Below, piece after piece: positions 1 through 8,400 of a stretch of DNA of 35,892 bases. The position numbers and the translations under genes are program-made. Source of the stretch: Sphingobacteriaceae bacterium (GTDB taxonomy: Bacteria; Bacteroidota; Bacteroidia; Sphingobacteriales; Sphingobacteriaceae); the NCBI GenBank assembly GCA_947478315.1, contig CANJWF010000001.1, positions 1 through 35,892 of the forward strand, read 5' to 3'. Each line of letters starts with the position of its first letter. The stretch's first letter is position 1. The notes beneath the pieces were generated by a model, which was not told where the DNA came from, ran no database searches, and saw nothing but the letters and a program-made list of their open reading frames with translations.

Positions 1-1
1 A

Positions 2-562
2 CTTACAGAATTGTACCAACATCAGAAACACAATTACGCAATTCCGAATCTCCGATTACTCCAAAGTAACGGTGTATATCAAATATTACGGGAGTTGGAT
101 CCTGAAATAGAACGATTAACTATTGAAAAAGATATTCACGGTAAGCCATTTTTCAAAGAAGCAACATGGCATTTTTCAGTAAGCCATTCAGGTAATTTAT
201 TAACCGCAATATTATCAAAAAACCGACCCGTAGGAGTCGATATTCAACAACTAGACCATAAAGTACTGCGAGTAGCACCCAAATTTTTAACTCCCGATGA
301 AATAAATTTCATAAACCCTACACTCAATTTACTACAAACTACTACATGTTGGTGTGCTAAAGAAGCCATTTTTAAACTATATGGGAAACACGACATATCA
401 TTAAAAAAAAACATTCACTTGCAACCTTTCATATTTTGCGAACAAGGAGGTTCTTTCGATGCAACCTTGTGCACCCAAACCGAATTACAACCCATTAGAA
501 TTAAATACGAGATGTTAGGTAACTACGTATTAGCATACACAACACATACAAAAAATCTTTAA
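2..562 (+). CDS. 4'-phosphopantetheinyl transferase (Sfp-type), 5'-partial at the window edge
   Basis: The frame is open back to base 2; the TTG at 11 is only the ORF track's start. VGVDIQ and WCAKEAIFKLYG match the PPTase GxD and (W/F)xxKE(A/S)xxK signatures. About 30 N-terminal residues seem to be missing compared with Sfp-type enzymes. Confidence 0.75.
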   Translation, partial: LTELYQHQKHNYAIPNLRLLQSNGVYQILRELDPEIERLTIEKDIHGKPFFKEATWHFSVSHSGNLLTAILSKNRPVGVDIQQLDHKVLRVAPKFLTPDEINFINPTLNLLQTTTCWCAKEAIFKLYGKHDISLKKNIHLQPFIFCEQGGSFDATLCTQTELQPIRIKYEMLGNYVLAYTTHTKNL

Positions 563-644
563 AAATTAGATTGTAACTTAATTTTCAGAGCACTCGAGGA
601 GAAGGTACCTGTCCTGAAAAATTGAACTAAGATATTCAATATAT

Positions 645-706
645 CCATTGAAAAACAACCTACGAAGCACGCATGAATACCATTGAGGAACAAACACTAA
701 TGAAAA
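645..706 (+). repeat. Degenerate fragment of the R150 repeat family upstream of lipB
   Basis: CCATTGAAAAACAACC and CATGAATACCATTGAGGAACAAACACTAATGAAAAA match the internal and terminal modules of R150 (compare CATGAATACCATGAAAGATAAAACACTAATGAA in the GH2 copy). Confidence 0.5.
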
Positions 707-714
707 ATTAACAG

Positions 715-1422
715 ATGAAAAATAAAAAAGTTGTATTTGAAGACTGGGGTCTAATAGATTATCAAGAGGCATGGACGAAACAAGAAACAATTTTTGCAGA
801 AACAGTTCAAATAAAAACGACGAATAGAGAAAGTTCTACACCTCAAGCTACCGATAATTATTTAATTTTTTGTGAGCACCCGCATGTGTACACTCTAGGA
901 AAAAGTGGACTCATGGACCATCTATTATTAGACGAGAAAACATTAACAAGTAAAAAAGCCTCTTTTTACAAAATTAATCGAGGTGGCGACATCACGTACC
1001 ACGGACCAGGACAAATTGTAGGCTATCCTATTTTAGATTTAGAAAATTTTTTCACCGACATTCACCAATATCTTCGTCTTTTAGAAGAGGCTATTATTTT
1101 AACTTTAGCAGACTATGGCATAAAAAGTGGTAGAATTTCGGGTATGACAGGTGTTTGGCTTGACGGAGACAACAAACAAAAGGCTAGAAAAATTTGTGCA
1201 ATGGGCGTACGCTGTAGCCGTTGGGTAACGATGCATGGTTTTGCACTAAATATCAACACTCAACTAGATTATTTTAATCACATTGTCCCCTGTGGCATTA
1301 GCGACAAAGCAGTTACTTCACTATCGACAGAGTTAAAAAAAACAGTCGATATAGATGAAGTTAAAAAAATATTAAAAAGACACCTTATCGAACTTTTTGA
1401 AATGGACTCTATTGCAGATTAA
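715..1422 (+). CDS. lipB: Octanoyl/lipoyl-[ACP]:protein transferase
   Basis: 235 aa. NRGGDITYHGPGQIVGYPILDL and KICAMGVRCSRWVTMHGFALN are classic LipB motifs, including the catalytic Lys/Cys region. Confidence 0.9.
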   Translation: MKNKKVVFEDWGLIDYQEAWTKQETIFAETVQIKTTNRESSTPQATDNYLIFCEHPHVYTLGKSGLMDHLLLDEKTLTSKKASFYKINRGGDITYHGPGQIVGYPILDLENFFTDIHQYLRLLEEAIILTLADYGIKSGRISGMTGVWLDGDNKQKARKICAMGVRCSRWVTMHGFALNINTQLDYFNHIVPCGISDKAVTSLSTELKKTVDIDEVKKILKRHLIELFEMDSIAD

Positions 1423-1434
1423 TCAAACAAATAT

Positions 1435-2445
1435 ATGCCTCTCAAAAAACTCGTTTTTATAATAGTAGCACTAATAACTTTTTGTTTTGGAGTACTATAC
1501 AATTATTTCTCAAATCATGCAAGCACACTTATTCTTCTGTGTATATTAGTTTTCGTGAGTTTTTATGTCATTATTTATTTTTTGATAGAAAAATACTTGT
1601 ACTCAAAAATTAAATTGATATACAAACTTATTCACCATCTTAAATTAGGAAAAGATTTAAAAGACGCATTAGGAGAGTATGTTGGCAATGATCCACTTCT
1701 GGATGTAGAAATTGCAGTAAAACAATGGGCAGGAGAAAAAACAAAAGAAATTAACGCCCTCAAATCACAAGAAGAATTTAGAAGAGAATTTTTGGGAAAC
1801 ATTGCACACGAATTTAAAACACCTTTATTCGCTATTCAAGGTTATGCAGAAACCCTATTAGATGACGGCATCACAGACACTGAGTTAGTAAAAAAATTTC
1901 TACTTAAGGTGAAAAAAAATGCAGAACGTCTAACCGTACTTATTAAAGATTTAGATGAAATAGCTAAACTGGAATCAGGAGAATTACGCATACATTTCAA
2001 AAAATTCGATTTGGGAGAGTTAATTAAAGAAGTAACTGAATTAATGGAAGCTAATAATGACAATGCTAATATTAAATTGTTATTCAAGAATAAAATCGAA
2101 GTTTTGGCAGATCGCGATAAAATTAGACAAGTACTCATTAACCTCATGGATAATGCACGAAAGTATGCGAAAGAAAATGGCAGCACAACGATTAACGTAT
2201 TTGAACTACACCAACAAGTTTTAATAGAAGTAACCGACAATGGTATCGGTATCGAAGAAAAATATCTCCCTCGCTTATTTGAACGTTTTTTCAGAACAGA
2301 ACAAAGCCGTTCACGCGACATAGGAGGTTCAGGGTTAGGGTTATCTATCGTTAAACATATCATAGAAGCACACCAACAAACTATACACGTAAGAAGCACT
2401 TTAGGCTTAGGTTCTACATTTGGGTTTACCCTAGCTAAAGCCTAA
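1435..2445 (+). CDS. Membrane sensor histidine kinase (HisKA + HATPase_c)
   Basis: Two N-terminal TM helices. H-box FLGNIAHEFKTPL, N-box LINLMDNARKYA, G-boxes DNGIGI and GGSGLGLSIVKHI. No response regulator is adjacent. Confidence 0.85.
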   Translation: MPLKKLVFIIVALITFCFGVLYNYFSNHASTLILLCILVFVSFYVIIYFLIEKYLYSKIKLIYKLIHHLKLGKDLKDALGEYVGNDPLLDVEIAVKQWAGEKTKEINALKSQEEFRREFLGNIAHEFKTPLFAIQGYAETLLDDGITDTELVKKFLLKVKKNAERLTVLIKDLDEIAKLESGELRIHFKKFDLGELIKEVTELMEANNDNANIKLLFKNKIEVLADRDKIRQVLINLMDNARKYAKENGSTTINVFELHQQVLIEVTDNGIGIEEKYLPRLFERFFRTEQSRSRDIGGSGLGLSIVKHIIEAHQQTIHVRSTLGLGSTFGFTLAKA

Positions 2446-2536
2446 TCAACTTTTCGTTCAACTTCCATAAATTTTAGCCTTAACATTATTTAACAATAAG
2501 CTAAAGTCAATCAAGCGTAATATTCCTACAAAATTT

Positions 2537-2544
2537 TATCTTTG
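2537..2544 (+). promoter_or_regulatory. Bacteroidota sigma-A -7 box (TATCTTTG = TAnnTTTG)
   Basis: Exact match to the TAnnTTTG consensus, 22 nt upstream of the ATG at 2566. It overlaps the TTG at 2542 that the ORF track used, which argues that TTG is not the real start. Confidence 0.4.
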
Positions 2545-2565
2545 GGCACTAAAAAATCGATTCTA

Positions 2566-3546
2566 ATGCGTAAAGAAAAAGGTCCTATTTCTCAGTTTAT
2601 AGAAAAAAATTACTTGCATTTTAACGCTGCAGCATTAGTAGATGCCGCAAAGGGTTATGAAGCTCATCTCGACGAAGGGGGAAAAATGATGATTACCCTC
2701 GCAGGAGCCATGAGCACTGCGGAATTAGGTATTTCGTTAGCAGAAATGATTAGACAAGACAAAGTATCCATCATATCTTGTACAGGCGCAAACCTCGAAG
2801 AAGACATTATGAATCTAGTCGCTCACAGTTACTACAAAAGAGTACCTCATTACCGTGATTTAAGCCCTCAAGATGAATGGGATTTACTAGAGAATCATTA
2901 CAATAGAGTTACCGATACTTGTATTCCTGAAGAAGAAGCATTTCGGCGTTTACAAAAACATATCTATAAAATATGGAAAGACGCAAACGATAAAGGGGAA
3001 CGTTATTTTCCGCACGAGTTCATGTACCAAATATTGCGAAGTGGAGACTTAGAACCATATTATGAAATAGACCCTAAAAACTCTTGGATGCTTGCTGCCG
3101 CAGAAAAAAACCTCCCCATTGTAGTCCCAGGGTGGGAAGATTCAACTATGGGCAATATTTTTGCATCCTACATCATTAAAGGCGAATTTCAAGCACAAAC
3201 CATGAAAAGTGGAATCGAATACATGGCATGGTTGGCTGATTGGTATGTCCAACACTCCAAAGGTAAAGGGGTAGGATTTTTTCAAATTGGAGGAGGTATC
3301 GCAGGAGATTTTCCAATTTGTGTAGTCCCTATGCTATACCAAGACATGGAAATGCAGAATATTCCCTTTTGGAGTTATTTCTGCCAAATTTCCGACTCAA
3401 CAACTTCTTACGGCTCCTATTCTGGTGCCGTACCCAACGAAAAAATCACTTGGGGAAAATTAGATATCAACACACCGAAATTTATCATAGAATCCGATGC
3501 AACCATCGTTGCACCATTAATATTTGCCTGGATATTAGGGCAATAA
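2566..3546 (+). CDS. Deoxyhypusine synthase family protein (DHS / homospermidine-synthase-like)
   Basis: ISCTGANLEEDI, GWEDSTMGNI, FQIGGGIAGDFP and the overall ~325 aa length match the DHS-like NAD-binding family. The start was moved to the first ATG (MRKEKGPISQF) downstream of the -7 box. Confidence 0.75.
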   Translation: MRKEKGPISQFIEKNYLHFNAAALVDAAKGYEAHLDEGGKMMITLAGAMSTAELGISLAEMIRQDKVSIISCTGANLEEDIMNLVAHSYYKRVPHYRDLSPQDEWDLLENHYNRVTDTCIPEEEAFRRLQKHIYKIWKDANDKGERYFPHEFMYQILRSGDLEPYYEIDPKNSWMLAAAEKNLPIVVPGWEDSTMGNIFASYIIKGEFQAQTMKSGIEYMAWLADWYVQHSKGKGVGFFQIGGGIAGDFPICVVPMLYQDMEMQNIPFWSYFCQISDSTTSYGSYSGAVPNEKITWGKLDINTPKFIIESDATIVAPLIFAWILGQ

Positions 3547-3580
3547 GACAGAATGTTTTTTCAAAAATAACCCTTGCAAG

Positions 3581-4267
3581 ATGCCCAATTTAAAGTTCAT
3601 CTATTGTTTCTTTATACTCGTAGGAATCGTTTGCTCAACCGTACTATTATTAGATGCTTGTACAAAAGAGAGTATACAATCCGAAAAAACCATTTATTTT
3701 CAAAACGATGTCTTGCCCATTTTTCAATCCAATTGCACGCAAGCAGGATGTCATAACGCCAAAGATAAAGCAGAAGGTTATGATTTAACAAGCTATGAAA
3801 GCATCATGGCATCTAAAAAAAGTAAAGGCATTAAACCTGGAGATTATAAAAATAGTAGTATCTATGAATCCTTAGTGACAGGAGGACCTGACTTGATGCC
3901 TGCAAACCCATACAACCCACTTTCTGATGCACAAATCACTACCATAGCCCTTTGGATTAAACAAGGAGCACTCAACAACTCTACCACTACAAACGTCGAT
4001 TTAAATAACGTTACCTACACCCTCTCTGTTAAACCCATTTTAGACACCTATTGTAAAGGCTGTCACTCTTCGAGCAATGCAGGAGGAAATATTTCTTATG
4101 AAGACTACACCAATACACAAGTAACCGCGAATAATGGCAAACTATTGGGTAGCATCCAGCAATTATCAACAAACTATAAAGCAATGCCGCAAGGAGGTAA
4201 TAAACTTTCAGATAACAACATCGCCATTATTCAAAAATGGATTAGTAATGGCAGCCCGAACAACTAA
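3581..4267 (+). CDS. Lipoprotein with two heme-binding-type domains (one CX4CH and one CXXCH motif)
   Basis: Signal peptide with lipobox (LLLDAC). Internal duplication: FQNDVLPIFQSNCTQAGCHN and VKPILDTYCKGCHSS. Resembles PSCyt/Haem_bd-type c-type heme domains. Paralogue of the next gene. Confidence 0.6.
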   Translation: MPNLKFIYCFFILVGIVCSTVLLLDACTKESIQSEKTIYFQNDVLPIFQSNCTQAGCHNAKDKAEGYDLTSYESIMASKKSKGIKPGDYKNSSIYESLVTGGPDLMPANPYNPLSDAQITTIALWIKQGALNNSTTTNVDLNNVTYTLSVKPILDTYCKGCHSSSNAGGNISYEDYTNTQVTANNGKLLGSIQQLSTNYKAMPQGGNKLSDNNIAIIQKWISNGSPNN

Positions 4268-4281
4268 ACAACAATCATAAT

Positions 4282-4962
4282 ATGTCCATTAAAAAAGTTA
4301 AGACCCAATTACTTTTTCTTTCACTCATCACGTTAAGCATATATAGCTGTAAAAAAGATAGCGATAGTAGTACAACCATACCCGATGCAACCATTTCAAA
4401 CACAACTGTCTATTTTCAAAACGATGTATTACCTATTTTTCAATCTAGTTGTGCTATGAATGGTTGTCACAATAGTACCAATAAAGTAGATGGATACGAC
4501 CTATCAAACTACGATGCCATTTTATCTAAAGGAATTACCAAAGGAAATTATAAGTCTAGTAAAATTTATACAGAAATAGCCAATGGAGCTATGCCTCCCC
4601 GCGGGTACACCGCTATAACGTCCACTCAACTCAACTCCATCGCATCTTGGATACAACAGGGAGCACTCAATAACATCACTAATACTACTTCCGACTTAAA
4701 CAATATTACCTATTCTCAATCTGTTAAACCCATTTTAGACACCTATTGTAAAGGATGCCATTCTTCAAGCCTAGCCAGTGGAGGCATCTCTTATCAAGAT
4801 TACGCTAACACCCAAATAACTGCAAACAATGGTAAACTATTAGGTAGCATTCAACAACTATCAGCCAACTATAAAGCAATGCCACAAGGAGGGAACAAAC
4901 TTTCCGACAACACCATTGCCATTATTCAAAAATGGATTAACAATGGTAGCCCCAACAATTAA
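4282..4962 (+). CDS. Lipoprotein with two heme-binding-type domains (paralogue of 3581-4267)
   Basis: Lipobox SIYSC. FQNDVLPIFQSSCAMNGCHN and VKPILDTYCKGCHSS. The C-terminal ~80 aa are nearly identical in protein sequence to the upstream gene. Confidence 0.6.
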   Translation: MSIKKVKTQLLFLSLITLSIYSCKKDSDSSTTIPDATISNTTVYFQNDVLPIFQSSCAMNGCHNSTNKVDGYDLSNYDAILSKGITKGNYKSSKIYTEIANGAMPPRGYTAITSTQLNSIASWIQQGALNNITNTTSDLNNITYSQSVKPILDTYCKGCHSSSLASGGISYQDYANTQITANNGKLLGSIQQLSANYKAMPQGGNKLSDNTIAIIQKWINNGSPNN

Positions 4963-4980
4963 TGCAATAATTTCAGTCTC

Positions 4981-5556
4981 ATGAAAAAAAATCTTTTCCC
5001 CATCTTGTTGATATGTTTAACAACGACACAATTGGCATTTTCACAAAGCAATAAATACTTTTCAAAAAATGCAATTATCAGTTTTGATGCAGAAGGTAAA
5101 TTAGACGATATTGAAGAAATAAAAGCAACAACAAAACAAGCAATTTGCATATACGATGACGCAAGCAGAAATTTTGAATGGTCTGTGTCCATAAAAAGTT
5201 TTGTATTTGCTAATAGTTTGATGCAAGAACATTTCAATGAAAATTACTTAGAAAGTAGTAAATATCCCAAAGCAACATTTATCGGCAAAATAGACCCTAG
5301 CAATACCCTCACTTTTGATAAAGATGGAACTTATCCTGTTAAAGTAACTGGAAAATTAACCATGCATGGTATTACACAAAATGTAAGTACATCTGGTATG
5401 TTTAATATTCAAAAAGGCATTATTTCAGCTTCTGCGAAATTCGAAGTAACGCTCGCAGACTACAAAATAGACATTCCTACACTAGTTTTTATGAAAGTAG
5501 CAGAAATCGTTAAAATTAATGTAAGCACCAATTTACAACCTTTGAAACACCCATAA
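4981..5556 (+). CDS. YceI-family periplasmic (polyisoprenoid-binding-like) protein
   Basis: Signal peptide ending AFSQ. YPKATFIGKI and VTGKLTMHGITQNV are typical of the YceI lipocalin-like domain. Confidence 0.75.
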   Translation: MKKNLFPILLICLTTTQLAFSQSNKYFSKNAIISFDAEGKLDDIEEIKATTKQAICIYDDASRNFEWSVSIKSFVFANSLMQEHFNENYLESSKYPKATFIGKIDPSNTLTFDKDGTYPVKVTGKLTMHGITQNVSTSGMFNIQKGIISASAKFEVTLADYKIDIPTLVFMKVAEIVKINVSTNLQPLKHP

Positions 5557-5620
5557 ATACATGCGCATGATTCTGTTGTATAGGTTCTATACAGTGTAAC
5601 AAAATAACCTGCAAAACACA

Positions 5621-5655
5621 CATGAATACGATTGATAAACAACCACAAATTAATT
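5621..5655 (+). repeat. Degenerate R150-family unit downstream of the YceI gene
   Basis: CATGAATACGATTGATAAACAACCACAAATTAATT resembles the ~35-bp CATGAATACCATTGA..AACAAACAC unit. Confidence 0.35.
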
Positions 5656-5752
5656 AACAACTGAAAATAACAACTAGTATTTTTTGCCAATCATCAAGCC
5701 TCATCGTTTTAAACCAACTGCTTCACCTACCTAAGTATTAAACTCTACGCCC

Positions 5753-6652
5753 ATGAAAAAATATCATTTTCTTTTATTACTTGCCTTATTTTATTCCCAA
5801 ATCGCATTTTCTCAAGAAGAGCAGAGCAGCCTTTTAGGACTTTTAGGAGAAGAATCAAAATCTGAACCTGTTACTAATGCATTTAAATCTCATCGCGTAA
5901 TCAATAGCCAAAGTATGGAAATGTTAGGCGAAGGAGCTTTAGATTTTCGTATTTTACATCGCTTTGGAAACCTAAATCAAGGCTATCAACAATTATTCGG
6001 TTTAGACCAAGCATCCATGCGCATAGGATTTGATTACGGCGTATTAAAAAATTTCATGATAGGTGTAGGACGCAGCACATTAAACAAAGAAATAGACGGG
6101 TATGCCAAGTACAGAATTTTTTGGCAATCGGAAGGAGGGAAAGAAAACATGCCTATTTCATTGATTTGGGTAAGTGGATTTACCGCTAATGGAGAACAAC
6201 ACCCCTTTCAAGGTACTGGTTTCGAAGATTCTTTTACCCACCGTTTGGCCTACTTTCACCAATTAATTATTGGACGTAAATTTAGCAACAAACTAACCTT
6301 ACAAATTACCCCCACCCTATTACATCAAAACGTAGTTATTAACTCCCTTACTCCCAACGACCTATTTGCAATAGGTATAGGAGGACGATACAAAGTTTCT
6401 CAACGGGTAGCATTTGTATGGGATTACTCATTCTTATTCAATCGTTTCCCCGACGCAACTTTTGCCTATCCACTATCCTTAGGATTTGATATCGACACAG
6501 GCGGGCATGTATTTCAACTACACATTTCAAATGCTGCGGGGATGAATGAACGAGCTTTTTTGACCGCTCAAAACGGTTCTTGGTTAAAAGGAGATGTTAA
6601 AATCGGATTCAATTTATCTCGAGTATTTCAATTGAAGAAAAACACGCTATAA
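5753..6652 (+). CDS. Secreted beta-barrel-like protein of unknown function (DUF5777-like by recollection)
   Basis: Signal peptide (IAFSQEE). Alternating hydrophobic beta-strand pattern with an aromatic-rich C-terminus. Last gene of the heme-lipoprotein/YceI cluster. Confidence 0.5.
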   Translation: MKKYHFLLLLALFYSQIAFSQEEQSSLLGLLGEESKSEPVTNAFKSHRVINSQSMEMLGEGALDFRILHRFGNLNQGYQQLFGLDQASMRIGFDYGVLKNFMIGVGRSTLNKEIDGYAKYRIFWQSEGGKENMPISLIWVSGFTANGEQHPFQGTGFEDSFTHRLAYFHQLIIGRKFSNKLTLQITPTLLHQNVVINSLTPNDLFAIGIGGRYKVSQRVAFVWDYSFLFNRFPDATFAYPLSLGFDIDTGGHVFQLHISNAAGMNERAFLTAQNGSWLKGDVKIGFNLSRVFQLKKNTL

Positions 6653-6654
6653 GC

Positions 6655-6707
6655 CTATTCTTACACATTGATGCCTAATAAAAGGAGGCATCAATGTGTA
6701 AGAATAG
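6655..6707 (+). terminator. Long perfect hairpin (22-bp stem) after the secreted-protein cluster
   Basis: CTATTCTTACACATTGATGCCT (6655-6676) pairs perfectly with AGGCATCAATGTGTAAGAATAG (6686-6707) around a 9-nt loop. It begins 3 nt after the stop codon. Confidence 0.6.
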
Positions 6708-6888
6708 AAATGTATTCAGAATATACTACCTAAGTTTACACAACACACTTCCAGAGAGATTAAACTCAATCATACACCGCGCCTATTCTATAAGACGAAA
6801 CGAAGAAGACGATTAAAGATGGATTCTTTTATTTTGTGATAACATTTAGATTACAAACGAGAACGTACGCTTAGCTACTTATTTGATG

Positions 6889-6896
6889 TAAGTTTG
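6889..6896 (+). promoter_or_regulatory. Bacteroidota -7 box (TAAGTTTG)
   Basis: Exact TAnnTTTG match about 40 nt upstream of the ATG at 6937. Confidence 0.35.
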
Positions 6897-6936
6897 TAAC
6901 TTGCGCAAACAAAAATTTACCCTTAATCACACTTCC

Positions 6937-8328
6937 ATGGCCAAGAATAAATTAATCTGTAGTATCCTTTTTACACTTACTACGCTGCAAACTCTTATCC
7001 CCCATTTAAATTTATCAGCACAGCATCTTAAAACAGTAGATAAAGTCGTTGCCGTAGTAGGAGACAACATCATTTTATTATCTGATATCGAAATGCAGTA
7101 TGCACAATTTTTAGCACAAGGAAATGGCCCGGACGAAAAAATAAAATGTTTCATTCTTCAACAACTCCTAACACAAAAATTACTTGCACAACAAGCACGC
7201 CTAGATAGTGTAGATAAAGATGTGAACGCAGGTATGGTAGATGACGAAATCGAAAGAAGAATGCGTGTGATGACACAAAGAGCTGGAGGACAAGAACGAT
7301 TAGAAGAATTCTTAGGTCGTTCTTTATTACAGTACAAAGACGAGATGAGAACCGACATTCGAGAACAACTGATTGCACAAAAAATGCAGGGAAAAATTAC
7401 CGAAAAAGTAAATGTCACCCCACAAGAAATTAAACGTTATTTTGAGTCGATTCCTAAAGATAGTTTACCAAACTACAATACAGAAGTAGAAATAGGTCAA
7501 CTAGTAATTCATCCCAAACTCAACAAAGAAGAAAAACAATTCTACAAAGACAAGCTGGAGTCTATCCGGGCACGCATAAAAGCAGGCGAAAATTTCGCCA
7601 CCCTAGCTCGTTTATATTCACAAGATCCAGGTTCAGCCAAAGAAGGTGGAGATTTAGGTTTTATGGATAGAACCGGTTTAGTAAAAGAATATGCAGCAAA
7701 TGCTTTCAAGTTAAAGCCAAACGAAATTTCACCCATTTTTGAAACAGAATTTGGATTTCATTTTTTACAAGTCTTAGAACGTAAAGGAGAGCAAATCCGC
7801 ACTCGCCATATTTTACTCAGACCTGATTTTACCCAAGCCAGTTTAAAAAGAGCGCAAGTGCACATAGATAGTATTCACCAAAAAGTAGTTTCAGGCACAC
7901 TCAACTTTTCTTCAGCAGCATCACTTTATTCTGACGACAACGAAACTAAATTTAATGGAGGAACCATCATCAATCTTCAAAATGGTAATTCACGTTCCAC
8001 TTTTATTCCTGTAGATAAACTTGACCCGCAACTATTCTTAATCATAGATACCATGAAAGTAGGCTCCTATTCTAATCCTACATTATTTGTTGAACAAGAT
8101 GGGAAAAAAGGTTTTCGTTTTTTATATCTAAAATCAAAAACACTACCACATCAAGCAAGCCTAACACAAGACCTGCCAAAAATTAAAGAATTAGCATACG
8201 AAGATAAAGTAAACCGTATTGTAAGTGAATGGTTCGAAAAAAGGCGACAAAAAACATATATTAGCATTGACACAGAATTTGCAGCATGTGAAAAACTAAA
8301 AGATTGGGTTAATAAAAACCCTAAATAG
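6937..8328 (+). CDS. Periplasmic peptidyl-prolyl isomerase / chaperone, SurA-like (two parvulin domains)
   Basis: Signal peptide after MAKNKLICS. Two PpiC/rotamase modules (GGDLGFM...FGFHFLQV and a second degenerate one). The start was moved to the ATG downstream of the -7 box. Confidence 0.8.
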   Translation: MAKNKLICSILFTLTTLQTLIPHLNLSAQHLKTVDKVVAVVGDNIILLSDIEMQYAQFLAQGNGPDEKIKCFILQQLLTQKLLAQQARLDSVDKDVNAGMVDDEIERRMRVMTQRAGGQERLEEFLGRSLLQYKDEMRTDIREQLIAQKMQGKITEKVNVTPQEIKRYFESIPKDSLPNYNTEVEIGQLVIHPKLNKEEKQFYKDKLESIRARIKAGENFATLARLYSQDPGSAKEGGDLGFMDRTGLVKEYAANAFKLKPNEISPIFETEFGFHFLQVLERKGEQIRTRHILLRPDFTQASLKRAQVHIDSIHQKVVSGTLNFSSAASLYSDDNETKFNGGTIINLQNGNSRSTFIPVDKLDPQLFLIIDTMKVGSYSNPTLFVEQDGKKGFRFLYLKSKTLPHQASLTQDLPKIKELAYEDKVNRIVSEWFEKRRQKTYISIDTEFAACEKLKDWVNKNPK

Positions 8329-8400
8329 CATGCAACCTTTTTGACAAAGATCTGTTTATAGGCGCTCGTATTAAACCAAAAAAAATCAAATTATATTCTA

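Noticed and set aside
578-790. 70-aa minus-strand ORF upstream of and overlapping the lipB start
   Set aside because: It is a translation of the degenerate R150-type repeat and overlaps lipB. Its peptide resembles other repeat-derived pseudo-ORFs (25544-25768 and 12583-12783).
1842-2399. 185-aa antisense ORF inside the histidine kinase gene
   Set aside because: It lies entirely within a well-supported CDS on the opposite strand and has a low-complexity, Ser/Leu-rich composition. This is a typical shadow ORF.
2542-2565. N-terminal extensions from non-ATG starts in the ORF track. Examples: 2542, 6901, 14096, 14421, 21267 and 24421; only the first is given in the coordinates.
   Set aside because: Downstream ATGs give canonical signal peptides or N-termini. 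In three cases (2542, 6901, 24421) an exact TAnnTTTG promoter box falls inside or just upstream of the supposed extension.
3318-3756. ORFs 3318-3593 and 3574-3756 (+)
   Set aside because: These are alternative frames overlapping the DHS-like gene's 3' end and the first heme-lipoprotein gene. They have no motifs, and the in-frame genes explain the region.
4959-5690. Minus-strand ORFs 4959-5237 and 5460-5690
   Set aside because: They are antisense to the YceI gene or lie in its downstream repeat fragment. There is no supporting signal.
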